This document shows positions 1-8,683 of a stretch of 64,000 nt of DNA, one piece after another (position 1 is the stretch's first letter; every line of letters starts with the position of its first letter). The translations under genes and the position numbers were made by a program. This DNA comes from Alphaproteobacteria bacterium (GTDB lineage Bacteria; Pseudomonadota; Alphaproteobacteria; Micavibrionales; UBA2020): positions 719,396-783,395 of the forward strand of contig JAEUKT010000002.1 of NCBI GenBank assembly GCA_016794125.1, read 5' to 3'. The notes beneath the pieces are model-generated. The model ran no database searches, had not been told where the DNA came from, and saw nothing but the letters and a program-made list of their open reading frames with translations.

Positions 1-398
1 ACATTTATATGTTCATCAACGTGAACTGCGAACATTGCCAGTCGCTCTACCGCACGCTGAAGGGATCGCTTGATAAAGGCCTGATCCAGCTGCGCCTGCT
101 GCCCGCCGGCGAACAGGACGACAACCGCGACGGCGGCGCCGCCATGCTGTCGGTCGATGATCCCGGCGCCGCGTGGCAGGATTATATGGACGGCAAAAAA
201 GGCGGCCTGCACAAATCGCTGATCAAGGGCGACGCGCTCGACAAGGTCAAGGCGAACGGCAAGCTCGCCCGCGAATGGAAACTGCCGCAATACCCTTTCA
301 TCGTCTATCGCAAGGTGTCGGACGGCACGCTCATGACTGTCGTGGGTCAGCCCGAAAACCCGATGCTGCTGATGTCCGACCTGATGAAGAACCCGTAA
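1..398 (+). CDS. Thioredoxin-fold thiol:disulfide isomerase, DsbC/TrbB-like (5' end cut by the window edge)
   Basis: The reading frame is open to the window edge (..IYMFINVNCEHCQ..). It has a CxxC motif (C-E-H-C) in the context typical of DsbC/DsbG and of IncI TrbB. It lies immediately upstream of T4BSS genes. Confidence 0.6.
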   Translation, partial: IYMFINVNCEHCQSLYRTLKGSLDKGLIQLRLLPAGEQDDNRDGGAAMLSVDDPGAAWQDYMDGKKGGLHKSLIKGDALDKVKANGKLAREWKLPQYPFIVYRKVSDGTLMTVVGQPENPMLLMSDLMKNP

Positions 399-408
399 GG
401 ATCATGAT

Positions 409-867
409 GTGATTACCGCCCAGGCACTCGCCGTTTGCATTTTCAGCGCCGCGCAGACCTATTCGGTCCCGCCGACGGTGATCCTTGGCGTGTTGCATGT
501 CGAAGGCGGGCGCATCGGCATGGCGTCGCCCAACACCAACGGCACCTATGACCTGGGCCCTATGCAGATCAACACCATCTGGGTGCCGGAACTAGCGCGC
601 CACTGGCGCGTGAGCGAAAAAACCGCGCTGCGCATGGTGCGCGACGATGCCTGCACCAATATCGGCGTCGGCTCGTGGATTTTGCGCCGCAAGATGAACG
701 AATCCGGCTCGATGGCGGGCGGGATCGCCTGGTATCATTCGGCAACGCCCGGTGTCGGCTCGAACTACCGCCAGAAGGTGCTGCGCGCGATGCAGAAATA
801 CCGCCTGATCCGCCAGCCGGAAGATCTTTTGACCGCATCGGCATCGCAAGCCAAACGCCGCGGTTAA
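409..867 (+). CDS. Lytic transglycosylase (SLT domain), T4SS-associated
   Basis: It has an N-terminal hydrophobic segment, a catalytic-Glu context (LHVEGG) and GPMQIN, which is typical of VirB1/P19/PilT(R64)-type SLT proteins. GTG start. Confidence 0.8.
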   Translation: MITAQALAVCIFSAAQTYSVPPTVILGVLHVEGGRIGMASPNTNGTYDLGPMQINTIWVPELARHWRVSEKTALRMVRDDACTNIGVGSWILRRKMNESGSMAGGIAWYHSATPGVGSNYRQKVLRAMQKYRLIRQPEDLLTASASQAKRRG

Positions 868-912
868 TTTCCCTAAATATCTTTCCAGAGTCAGCTATAA
901 AAAAAACCGCAA

Positions 913-940
913 AAACAGGCGGTTGCCTGTTTGCTTCTTG
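913..940 (+). terminator. Candidate intrinsic terminator after the SLT gene
   Basis: Hairpin AAACAGGC-GGTT-GCCTGTTT followed by the T-rich GCTTCTTGTT. Confidence 0.4.
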
Positions 941-957
941 TTCAAAACTGGCTAATA

Positions 958-971
958 TCGTCATCTGACGA
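958..971. promoter_or_regulatory. Palindrome TCGTCA-TC-TGACGA upstream of dotD
   Basis: Perfect 6-bp inverted repeat with a 2-bp spacer, ending about 30 bp before the dotD ATG. Confidence 0.25.
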
Positions 972-999
972 ACGTCTTTAAATCTGTTTTCGGGCAGGG

Positions 1000-1506
1000 A
1001 TGAAAAAATTTCTCATGAATAAAACTGTTTCACTCCTCGGCGCGGCCGGCCTTTCTTTGATGGTTTCGGCCTGTGCGCTTCCGGGTAATGTCGATCAGCA
1101 GCTCGTGGCCGAGCCCGATCCGCTGGCGCTGCGTTTGGCGGCCGCCGTCGACAAGGCATCCGCGTCGCTCGAAACGCTGGCTTCGGTCGAACAGGCGCGC
1201 AACCCCGGCGCTGCCGTTGCATCCGTTCCCTACGCGCCGCAGGAACTGCGCCGCACCGTGACGCTGAAATGGATCGGCCCTGTCGAGCCGATCATGCAGC
1301 GCCTGGCTGACCGTGCGGGCTATGAAATGATGGTCAACGGCGATCTTCCGCCCGCGCCCGTCGTCATCTCGCTCGATGTGCGCCAGAAAATGGTCATTGA
1401 TGTGCTGCGCGATGTGGGCCTGCAGGCAGGCCAGCGCGCCGATGTCGTTGTCGATCCCGAACGCCGTGTTGTGGAGTTGAACTATGCACCTGTTTCCGGC
1501 GATTAA
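1000..1506 (+). CDS. dotD: T4BSS outer-membrane lipoprotein DotD/TraH
   Basis: 168 aa with lipobox VSAC. The C-terminal region (VTLKWIGPVEPIMQRLADRAGYEMMVNGDLP..VVISLDVRQKMVIDVLRDVGLQAG) matches the DotD N0-like domain pattern. Its position is upstream of dotC-dotB. Confidence 0.8.
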   Translation: MKKFLMNKTVSLLGAAGLSLMVSACALPGNVDQQLVAEPDPLALRLAAAVDKASASLETLASVEQARNPGAAVASVPYAPQELRRTVTLKWIGPVEPIMQRLADRAGYEMMVNGDLPPAPVVISLDVRQKMVIDVLRDVGLQAGQRADVVVDPERRVVELNYAPVSGD

Positions 1507-2656
1507 GATCGCCCTGCTTGCCGGCGTTTGCGCGGTTGCCCTCTCCGCTTCTGCGGCGCAGGCGCAAACCGCCACGCAACCGCCCGGCCGTAACGCCACT
1601 GTTCCCGCCGGCATCCCTGCCGCAACGGCCAACCAGATGGCGAATATCCGCCGTCAGGCCGGCAATGCGCAGCTGGGCGCCGTACCCGGTGCCGCTGGTG
1701 CGCAAAAGGGCCTGTTTGACCGCTCCAAATCCTCCCAGCAGACCGAAGACGAACAGCTGGAGCAGATGAAGGACAAGGAAAGCTCCACCTACAAGGCGCA
1801 TATGCTCGCCAAAAAGGCGCGCGAAAGCGGCGAATTCAATTCTTCCATCGACAAGGCCAAAAAAGAAGACATGACCGTGACGGACGAGGTGAAAACCCCG
1901 CCCGAAATGGAAGCGCTGCAGGATATCCGCGGCTCCCACGGCGTGTCTGGCGAAGCCTTCGACGAACTTCTGAGCAAACCCATGTCGCTGGACCTGCGCA
2001 TGGAAGCGCAGCGCGAAGCCGCGCTGTCTTACGGCGCGCGCGGCGGCCTTGCCAAGCGCACCTACCAGATCACCGAACGCCTGAAGGATTACGAGGCGAC
2101 GTTCGACAAGGTTTATAACTTCCGCGCGCTGCTCATCAAAGCTCCCTCGGGCATGATGATCGAACCGCCGATCGTGAAAGAATCGCTCGACGCGCTGAAC
2201 ATCTCCGACGGCGGCAACGAAGCGGCTGTCGCCGACCAGATCGTGAAGATCAGCAAGCAGGCGAAGATCGTGACGGCGCCCCGCGACTGGCGCGGCTATC
2301 TCACCTTCTATTACCTGACCGAAATTCCGCCGCCGCCGCGCGTGCTGTGGCCGATGAACGAAAAAGAACAGACCCGCTGGAACGCCTGGGTTCGCCAGGG
2401 CTGGGACGCGGGCTATGCGCAGGGCGAGCAGATTTTTGAAGCCAACCTTGCGCAGCTGGTCGCCGATTACGACGGCATGGTGCGTTACCGCATGCTGCTG
2501 GCCGAAGGCAAGATTTCACAGCCCTATGCGCTGCAGGAAGACCGTGGTGTCACCGGCGGCCGGAACGAGATGCGGGTGGGCGACCGCGCGCTTCGCATTA
2601 CGGGGCCCTCACAATTCCTGACGGGGGCAGACCTATGGAAGCCGGCAGACCGGTAA
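1484..2656 (+). CDS. dotC: T4BSS core component DotC/TraI
   Basis: The C-terminal two thirds follow the DotC pattern (..YGARGGLAKRTYQI..YNFRALLI..PPIV..MVRYRMLLAEGKISQPY..GVTGGRNEMRVGDRALRIT). GGAG lies 7 nt before the ATG. It has a signal peptide but no clean lipobox, plus a low-complexity N-terminal extension. Confidence 0.8.
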   Translation: MHLFPAIKIALLAGVCAVALSASAAQAQTATQPPGRNATVPAGIPAATANQMANIRRQAGNAQLGAVPGAAGAQKGLFDRSKSSQQTEDEQLEQMKDKESSTYKAHMLAKKARESGEFNSSIDKAKKEDMTVTDEVKTPPEMEALQDIRGSHGVSGEAFDELLSKPMSLDLRMEAQREAALSYGARGGLAKRTYQITERLKDYEATFDKVYNFRALLIKAPSGMMIEPPIVKESLDALNISDGGNEAAVADQIVKISKQAKIVTAPRDWRGYLTFYYLTEIPPPPRVLWPMNEKEQTRWNAWVRQGWDAGYAQGEQIFEANLAQLVADYDGMVRYRMLLAEGKISQPYALQEDRGVTGGRNEMRVGDRALRITGPSQFLTGADLWKPADR

Positions 2657-3891
2657 GTCTCCTCAAGAAAGGTGTCGACGACCTCAAGTCCACCTGGCCT
2701 GCGGAACCTGACCGATTCAACGAGACGCATATCGACCCGTTCCTGCTCTGGTGCATCAAACAGGGCTCGTCGGACGTATCGATCCAGACCAACCGCCCCG
2801 TCATGTGCGAAATCGGCGGTTCTCTTTATCCTGTCACCTACCGTTCGCTCGACGCCGCCGACATTGTGACCTTCGTCACGCGCCTGTACGGCACGGAAGC
2901 GCTCGCGATTCTGGCCGGCGGTTCCGACATCGACTTGGCGTACGAAGTCATGACCGACCGCTTCACGCGTTCGCGCTTCCGCGTCAACATCACGGCGATC
3001 CTCGCCGAAGGCCGCGACGGCGTGCAGATCACGATGCGTGTGCTGCCTTCCGCGCCGCCCACCTTCGCGCAGTTGAAAATCGAAAAAGAAATCATCGACG
3101 GCTGGCGCCCCAGAAACGGAATTGTTCTTGTGACCGGCCCGACAGGCTCGGGTAAATCGACGCTGCTGGCGGCGGGCATCCGTTCGCTGATTGAATCGCA
3201 TCACGGCTGCGGAAAATTGCTGACCTACGAAGCGCCGATCGAATTCACCTACGACTCGGTCATCTCGCGCCGCTCGCTGGTGGCGCAGACCGAAGTGCCG
3301 CGCCACATCCCGACCTTCGCGGCCGGTGTGCGTAACGCGCTGCGCCGCAAGCCTGAAATTATCCTTGTCGGTGAATCGCGCGACCGCGAAACGATTTCCG
3401 CGTCCATTGAAGCCGCGCAGACGGGTCACTTGGTGTTCTCCACCGTCCACACGACGGGTGTCGCATCGACCATCCGACGCATGGTGTCCACGTTTGAGCC
3501 GGGCGAGCGCAACGAACGCGCCTTCTCGCTCATGGAAACCGTGCGCATGATCGTGACGCAGACGCTGGTGCCGAAAATCGGCGGCGGCCGCGTCGCCTTG
3601 CGCGAATACATGGTCTTTACCGAAGAAATCCGCGAAACGCTGCTGAACATGACCTACGACAAATGGCCCGCGGAACTGATGAGCATGGTGGAAAGATACG
3701 GCAAGACCATGGAAAGCCAGGCGCGCCGGGCTTTTGAAGCCGGCCTTATCGAAAAGCGGCACTATCTTGTGTATCTGCAGGGTTCGAAAGCCGCGCAGGA
3801 AGCGCTCAAGCGCATCGCGGCGCAGGAAGCCGGCGAGATCGTCGATATGGACGGGCCGAAAATGGAAGCCAGCGATATCCACGGGCATTAA
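2635..3891 (+). CDS. dotB: T4BSS ATPase DotB/TraJ (PilT-like secretion ATPase)
   Basis: Walker A GPTGSGKST and the PilT/GspE-like motifs (RKPEIILVGESRD, AQTGHLVFSTVHT). Its position is between dotC and icmT. Confidence 0.85.
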   Translation: MEAGRPVSLLKKGVDDLKSTWPAEPDRFNETHIDPFLLWCIKQGSSDVSIQTNRPVMCEIGGSLYPVTYRSLDAADIVTFVTRLYGTEALAILAGGSDIDLAYEVMTDRFTRSRFRVNITAILAEGRDGVQITMRVLPSAPPTFAQLKIEKEIIDGWRPRNGIVLVTGPTGSGKSTLLAAGIRSLIESHHGCGKLLTYEAPIEFTYDSVISRRSLVAQTEVPRHIPTFAAGVRNALRRKPEIILVGESRDRETISASIEAAQTGHLVFSTVHTTGVASTIRRMVSTFEPGERNERAFSLMETVRMIVTQTLVPKIGGGRVALREYMVFTEEIRETLLNMTYDKWPAELMSMVERYGKTMESQARRAFEAGLIEKRHYLVYLQGSKAAQEALKRIAAQEAGEIVDMDGPKMEASDIHGH

Positions 3892-3911
3892 CAGGGTAGG
3901 AGGCGCATCAC

Positions 3912-4202
3912 ATGGCTGATCAACCGGTACAGGGCTGGCACTGGCGTAACTCCATGAAAACCGTGCGGTTTTTCATCTTTGACGCACGCGCGGGATTTTT
4001 CGTCGTTCTCGTCCTTGTGCATGCGCGGCTGTGGACCCTCATGCTGGCCTTGTCGGTCATGACCATTTTCTGGGCGTTCGAACGCAAATCGCTGTCTTTC
4101 CCGGCGGCCTTGCGTTCCATCCGCGTCTGGATCATCGGGCCCAAGCGCCCGGGCTGGATCTGGACCCGCCGCCGCAAGCTGCAGGATACAGGCTCCGGCT
4201 AA
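3912..4202 (+). CDS. icmT: T4BSS inner-membrane protein IcmT/TraK
   Basis: 96 aa. HWRNSMKTVRFFIFDARAGFFVVLVLVHARLWTL..RSIRVWIIGPKR matches the IcmT pattern. A strong AGGAGG lies 9 nt upstream of the ATG. Confidence 0.75.
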   Translation: MADQPVQGWHWRNSMKTVRFFIFDARAGFFVVLVLVHARLWTLMLALSVMTIFWAFERKSLSFPAALRSIRVWIIGPKRPGWIWTRRRKLQDTGSG

Positions 4203-4330
4203 AGCTCTTTGGCGTTAACGCCTTCCCGCCGAAAAATCCTTTGCGTCTATTGATTTAGGGGCGGGACTCGGCCTATAAAAGATCATTCGATTTGTTTTTA
4301 ACAAGCTGACAGGCGACAGGATACCTTCCC

Positions 4331-5611
4331 ATGACCCAGACGAATTTGCTGAAAAAAGCCGTTCTCTTTTCCGGTGTTGCGATCATCGCTTTCGCCGCAA
4401 CGGCCCATGCAGGTTTTGAATGGAAAGGCCCGCTGGGCGCGCCGGCACCGGCCGCTGAAGCAGCGCCCGTCGATACGCAGCCGAACGACGACCTGACACC
4501 CGTCACCTCGTGGGAAAAACCCGCCGATGCGGCGCCCGCGCCGATGACCGCAGCGCCGGTTGAAGCCATGCCCGCACCCGTCACCGCAGCACCCGCAAAC
4601 GATGTCGTTGCCGCGCCCGTCGCCGTTGAACCCGCAAGCGATGTGCTGACCGGTTTCGGCTCCGATGTGCCGCTCGTGATCGCGCTGCAGCAGGTCGTGC
4701 CCGCCGGCTATCAATATTCTTTCGCGGCGGGCGTCAACCCCGGCGTTTCCGTGTCGTGGCAGGGCGGCAAATCGTGGCAGGGCGTGCTGGCGGATATGCT
4801 GGCATCGCAAGGCCTCGGCTACCGCATCCAGAACAGCGCGGTGATCGTCGGCAATTACGCATCGCCCGAACAAACGCAACAATCCGCCGCGCCCGAAGCA
4901 TCGGACGCGTCGCTCGGCATGACTGCTGTGCCGTCGGATAACGCATCCGCGCCCGCAGACACAGCGCCGGTGGCGATTACGTCGCCCGCGCCGGGAGCAG
5001 CGGCTCCCGTGCAATCGACCGTCGTGTCGGAAAAACCCGTCACGATACACCGTGAAAAACGCTCCTCGCTGCTGGAGCGCCTCGGCTGGACGCAGGGCAC
5101 GAAACAGGAAACGGTCGAAAACGTCGCCGTCCCCGCTCCCGCAACGCCCGCACCTGCGGCGGCACCCGCCGACACCTCGATGTCGGCTGATCCGGTTCCC
5201 GCACCTGTCGCTGAATCTCCCGCAGTCTCGAACGAACCGCAGCAGCTTGCTGCCGCAACGCCCGCGCGCTCGGCTGCCGATGCGGCGATGGCATCTTCGG
5301 CAACCGAAGTCGGCGCGACCACCGCAACGGCGGCACCCGCGATGAACGGCAGCTGGAAAGGCGCCAAGGGCCAGACGCTGCGCGATGTGTTGAAAACCTG
5401 GTCGGATCAGGCCGGTGTCGAACTCTACTGGTCGATCGATTATGACTACCGCCTGTCGGACGATGTTGCGACCACTGGCAACTATGAACAGGCTGTTGGC
5501 GGCCTGCTCGACAAGTTTGCATCGGTACGTCCGCAGCCCTATGGCCAGCTGCACCAAAGTGCAAGCGGTCCCAGAGTCTTGGTGGTGAAGTCTTACGACC
5601 TCACCCGCTAA
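4331..5611 (+). CDS. Secreted Pro/Ala-rich protein with PilL-like N-domain and TcpQ-like C-domain
   Basis: Signal peptide (..ATAHA/GF). First domain: VPLVIALQQVVPAGYQYSFAAGVNPGVSVSWQGGKSWQGVLADMLASQGLGYRI. C-terminal domain: GQTLRDVLKTWSDQAGVELYWSIDYDYRL..GPRVLVVKSY, which resembles the PilL/TcpQ family. Long P/A-rich linkers join the domains. Confidence 0.55.
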   Translation: MTQTNLLKKAVLFSGVAIIAFAATAHAGFEWKGPLGAPAPAAEAAPVDTQPNDDLTPVTSWEKPADAAPAPMTAAPVEAMPAPVTAAPANDVVAAPVAVEPASDVLTGFGSDVPLVIALQQVVPAGYQYSFAAGVNPGVSVSWQGGKSWQGVLADMLASQGLGYRIQNSAVIVGNYASPEQTQQSAAPEASDASLGMTAVPSDNASAPADTAPVAITSPAPGAAAPVQSTVVSEKPVTIHREKRSSLLERLGWTQGTKQETVENVAVPAPATPAPAAAPADTSMSADPVPAPVAESPAVSNEPQQLAAATPARSAADAAMASSATEVGATTATAAPAMNGSWKGAKGQTLRDVLKTWSDQAGVELYWSIDYDYRLSDDVATTGNYEQAVGGLLDKFASVRPQPYGQLHQSASGPRVLVVKSYDLTR

Positions 5612-5655
5612 GCTCCCTGCAAGCGGTTGAATTTCCCTATTGTTTTTGAAATCTG

Positions 5656-5676
5656 TCACATTTTAACTAAATGTGA
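5656..5676. promoter_or_regulatory. Operator-like palindrome TCACATTT-N5-AAATGTGA in the AT-rich leader of the paralog operon
   Basis: Perfect 8-bp inverted repeat with a 5-bp spacer, followed by three GATAT repeats (5675-5693), about 110 bp upstream of the ATG at 5783. Confidence 0.35.
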
Positions 5677-5782
5677 TATGATATAAGGATATAGTCGAAA
5701 CAGCAGTTTCGCCTGCCGGCGTTTGGCGGGACTGTGGCTTTGGGCTTGTTTGATGAATTTTTGCTCATGGGGATTTTGGGCC

Positions 5783-7147
5783 ATGCAAAAACTGGGCGTC
5801 GTCAAGAAATTCGTGCTCATCTTTTCGTTGATCGTGATGCTCGGCGCGGGTTTCCTTTCGATGAACGTGCTGACATCGTGCAAGGCGGATGCGCAGGTCT
5901 GTACCTGCGGCACGATCTGTACGTATGTCGGTATGCCGACAGCAGGTTTGACTCAAGTCTTCGCAAGCCCCATCACCTCCGGCGTTCTTTTCGCCACCAC
6001 TTACCTCACGATCTATTACGCATGGGCGATGGAAACCGGTTTCGGCCTTTCGATCGCCGAGAAAATCTATGAAGTGAGCCAGAACCAGATCGACTGGTGG
6101 GACACCTTCTGGTACTACAACCTCCGCCCCGCGATGATGGACATGACCGACCAGCTGGTCACGATGGACAAGCACCAGGACATCCAGATGGCGAAATTCG
6201 CCGACGTGCAGAACCTGAACCGCACCAACCGCGACATGATGAAAGAAGAAATCCAGTCGCACCGCGAACTGCGTCCCGGCGAAAACGTGTGTCAGGCGGG
6301 TACGGTCGCGGGCGGCATGACGCGCGCCGCCGTGTTCAGCCGCACCTATGCGGCCTCCGCCCCTGCGGCGCAGGTGCCGCGCACGGGTAACGCCGTCGGA
6401 TCGACGGGCGCGCAGGGCTCCGGCCCCGAACAGCTGGCGCGCTGGACAAAATACGTGAACAACTATTGCGACCCGAACGAAAACGCGGGCGCCTCCGGCT
6501 GCGTCGCGGCGGGTCCTTTCGCGGGCCGCGACCTTGACGTTTCGGGTGAAGTGTTCATGAAGGACACGATCGACCTGAAAGACCCCGACACCGAACGCAT
6601 CGTCAACGACCTGATCCAGAACATCGCGGAGCCCCGCGTGCGCGAGCCGATTCCCGAAGGCGCTGTCGTCACCAATTCCGCCAAGGGTCAGGAACAAGTG
6701 ATGATCGGCGAATCGTACAAGGCCAAGCGCCAGTCCGTTTATGACGCGCTGTACTTCGTCGTCGCGCGCCGCGCGCCCGGTTCGCGTTCCGGCGAATTCC
6801 TTGAAAAAATGCGCGGCGTGGCGGCCGGCGTTTCCGGCAACACCGCCGGCGGCGCGGGCGTGGATCCCGCATATTTCGCGCCCAACCAGAACCCGTCCCG
6901 CAACGAAATCATGCAGGTCATGATGGCGGAACGCTTCCGCACCGGTACCTATTCCGTCGATCAGGTGGACAACCCCGAAAACAACGGCCGCGAAATGGTC
7001 ATCCAGCAGGCCTTCCAGGCCATGCAGCTGACCGACCAGCTGGACCTGATGGACCGCTATTCCGTCATGCTGGCGGCCGAAGTCTCGGAAAACGTCCGCG
7101 CATCGAAATCGCTGCTTGAAAACACAGACGACAGGCCGACAAAGTGA
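5783..7147 (+). CDS. T4BSS-adjacent secreted paralog 1 of 4 (unknown family)
   Basis: Start moved to the ATG at 5783 (MQKLGVVKKFVLIFSLIVML.. signal/TM). It shares four motif blocks with the next three genes (IDWWDTFWYYNLRPAMMDMTDQL; YCDPNENAGASGC; LIQNIAEP..PIP; NPSRNEIMQVMMAERF). Confidence 0.7.
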   Translation: MQKLGVVKKFVLIFSLIVMLGAGFLSMNVLTSCKADAQVCTCGTICTYVGMPTAGLTQVFASPITSGVLFATTYLTIYYAWAMETGFGLSIAEKIYEVSQNQIDWWDTFWYYNLRPAMMDMTDQLVTMDKHQDIQMAKFADVQNLNRTNRDMMKEEIQSHRELRPGENVCQAGTVAGGMTRAAVFSRTYAASAPAAQVPRTGNAVGSTGAQGSGPEQLARWTKYVNNYCDPNENAGASGCVAAGPFAGRDLDVSGEVFMKDTIDLKDPDTERIVNDLIQNIAEPRVREPIPEGAVVTNSAKGQEQVMIGESYKAKRQSVYDALYFVVARRAPGSRSGEFLEKMRGVAAGVSGNTAGGAGVDPAYFAPNQNPSRNEIMQVMMAERFRTGTYSVDQVDNPENNGREMVIQQAFQAMQLTDQLDLMDRYSVMLAAEVSENVRASKSLLENTDDRPTK

Positions 7148-7155
7148 GCACCGCC

Positions 7156-8682
7156 ATGAAAAAAACGCTGCTGCAGAAATTGTCAGGTTTCCGGTTCGGC
7201 ATGGGCTCGATGGCCGCTGTCATGATCGGCTTCTTCCTTGTCGGGTATAACGCAATGGTCGCCGACAACAGCGCCTGCTTTGCCCAGATGGACGTCCCGC
7301 CCGCAACACCCGTGGTCGTGACCGGCGGTCCTTGCCCGTCTGCCTGCGCGACACCGCCCGTGACACCGCCTTGCGAACCCTCCACCACGTCGGAAACCGC
7401 CGTCAACACCATCTGGAACGCGTTCTCGACCACGCTTGAAAATCTTGTCAACGTCACGCCGCCCTATCAGGCGACGCAGCGCGGCGGCGGTATGGTCAAT
7501 TCGGGCAACGGCCTTGAAGGTTATCTGGGCGGTATCGTCGATGCGATGCTCTATGCGCTGATGGACCGCCTGAACGATATCGAACTGGGTTACATCGACT
7601 GGTTCGACACCATGTGGTATTACGGCATGAAGCCCGCCATGATGGACATGACCGACCAGATGAACACGGCCGCCGCCGACCAGAACCGGACTTTCCAGGC
7701 GGGCCAGGACGCGGAAGACGAAGACCAGATCAACGTCGGCCACATGGAACAGGAACAGCGCGACCAGCGCGTGTTCCGCGCGACGGAAAACGCGGCCTGC
7801 GTGGGCGCGGGCGCGGCCGGCGGTTCCGGCCGCCAGCAGAACATTGCGGGCAACATGCGCAAGGCGATGCAGCAAGTGACCCTCGATGACGGCCTCAACC
7901 GCCGCGGCACCCCGTCGGCCAAGGGCCGCGGCGCGAAACTGCAGGCGCGCAGCTCAACCTATGAAAGCACCTTCTGCGACCCCAGCGACAACGACGGCGG
8001 CAACAACTGCACGGGCGTGACTCCCGCCGGCCTTTACAACGCGGATGCGCAGATCACGAAAACACTGTACGGCACGCTGACCATCCCCTTGCACGATGCC
8101 GCCAACGGCCCGAAATACGAAGCCGCGACCAAGGCGCTGCTCGACAACCTGACCGGCGACCCCACGCCAGACCCGATATCCGCGCAGGTGATTAAATCGG
8201 CGCAGGCGCAGCAGGAATGGATGGACCGCCGTTCCTATCTTGCGCGCATGGCCGCCATCCGTTCCACCCCGCAGCTGGGCATCGCCTGGCGCACGCCCGG
8301 CACGCGCCTTGCGACCTGGGTTTCGCAGCTGCGCCAGGAAGGCGGCGCGCAGCCGACCGCCGGCGCCACGACCGGCCCCGCCGGCACCTGCTCGACCGCG
8401 GCAGACGGATCGCCCTGCGAAATGTCCGACAACCCCAGCTACAAGGAAGTGCTGCACGCGATTTCCATCGACCGCTTCAACTCGGGTAAATATGCGAACG
8501 GCATGACGACCGATGAAGCCGACCTTGAAATGGAAAAGCTGACCATCGAAAGCTTCTACCTGATGCAATTGCGCGATTATTACGAACTGCTGGAACGCAT
8601 GAGCCTGACGCTGGCGGTACAGGTGGCAATCCTGGCCGACCAGATGCCCGCGACCGTTCCGCAGGCAGAAAGGACGAAATAA
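7156..8682 (+). CDS. T4BSS-adjacent secreted paralog 2 of 4 (unknown family)
   Basis: Motif blocks IDWFDTMWYYGMKPAMMDMTDQM; FCDPSDNDGGNNC; LLDNLTGDPTPDPI; NPSYKEVLHAISIDRF. An alternative GTG start at 7144 overlaps the paralog 1 stop (GTGA). Confidence 0.7.
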   Translation: MKKTLLQKLSGFRFGMGSMAAVMIGFFLVGYNAMVADNSACFAQMDVPPATPVVVTGGPCPSACATPPVTPPCEPSTTSETAVNTIWNAFSTTLENLVNVTPPYQATQRGGGMVNSGNGLEGYLGGIVDAMLYALMDRLNDIELGYIDWFDTMWYYGMKPAMMDMTDQMNTAAADQNRTFQAGQDAEDEDQINVGHMEQEQRDQRVFRATENAACVGAGAAGGSGRQQNIAGNMRKAMQQVTLDDGLNRRGTPSAKGRGAKLQARSSTYESTFCDPSDNDGGNNCTGVTPAGLYNADAQITKTLYGTLTIPLHDAANGPKYEAATKALLDNLTGDPTPDPISAQVIKSAQAQQEWMDRRSYLARMAAIRSTPQLGIAWRTPGTRLATWVSQLRQEGGAQPTAGATTGPAGTCSTAADGSPCEMSDNPSYKEVLHAISIDRFNSGKYANGMTTDEADLEMEKLTIESFYLMQLRDYYELLERMSLTLAVQVAILADQMPATVPQAERTK

Positions 8683-8683
8683 C

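Noticed and set aside
4211-4222. A 12-bp perfect palindrome, GGCGTTAACGCC, after icmT, which might be a terminator or operator.
   Set aside because: The stem is too short, it has no loop and no T tract follows. It also contains a HpaI-type site that arises easily by chance. It is noted but not called.
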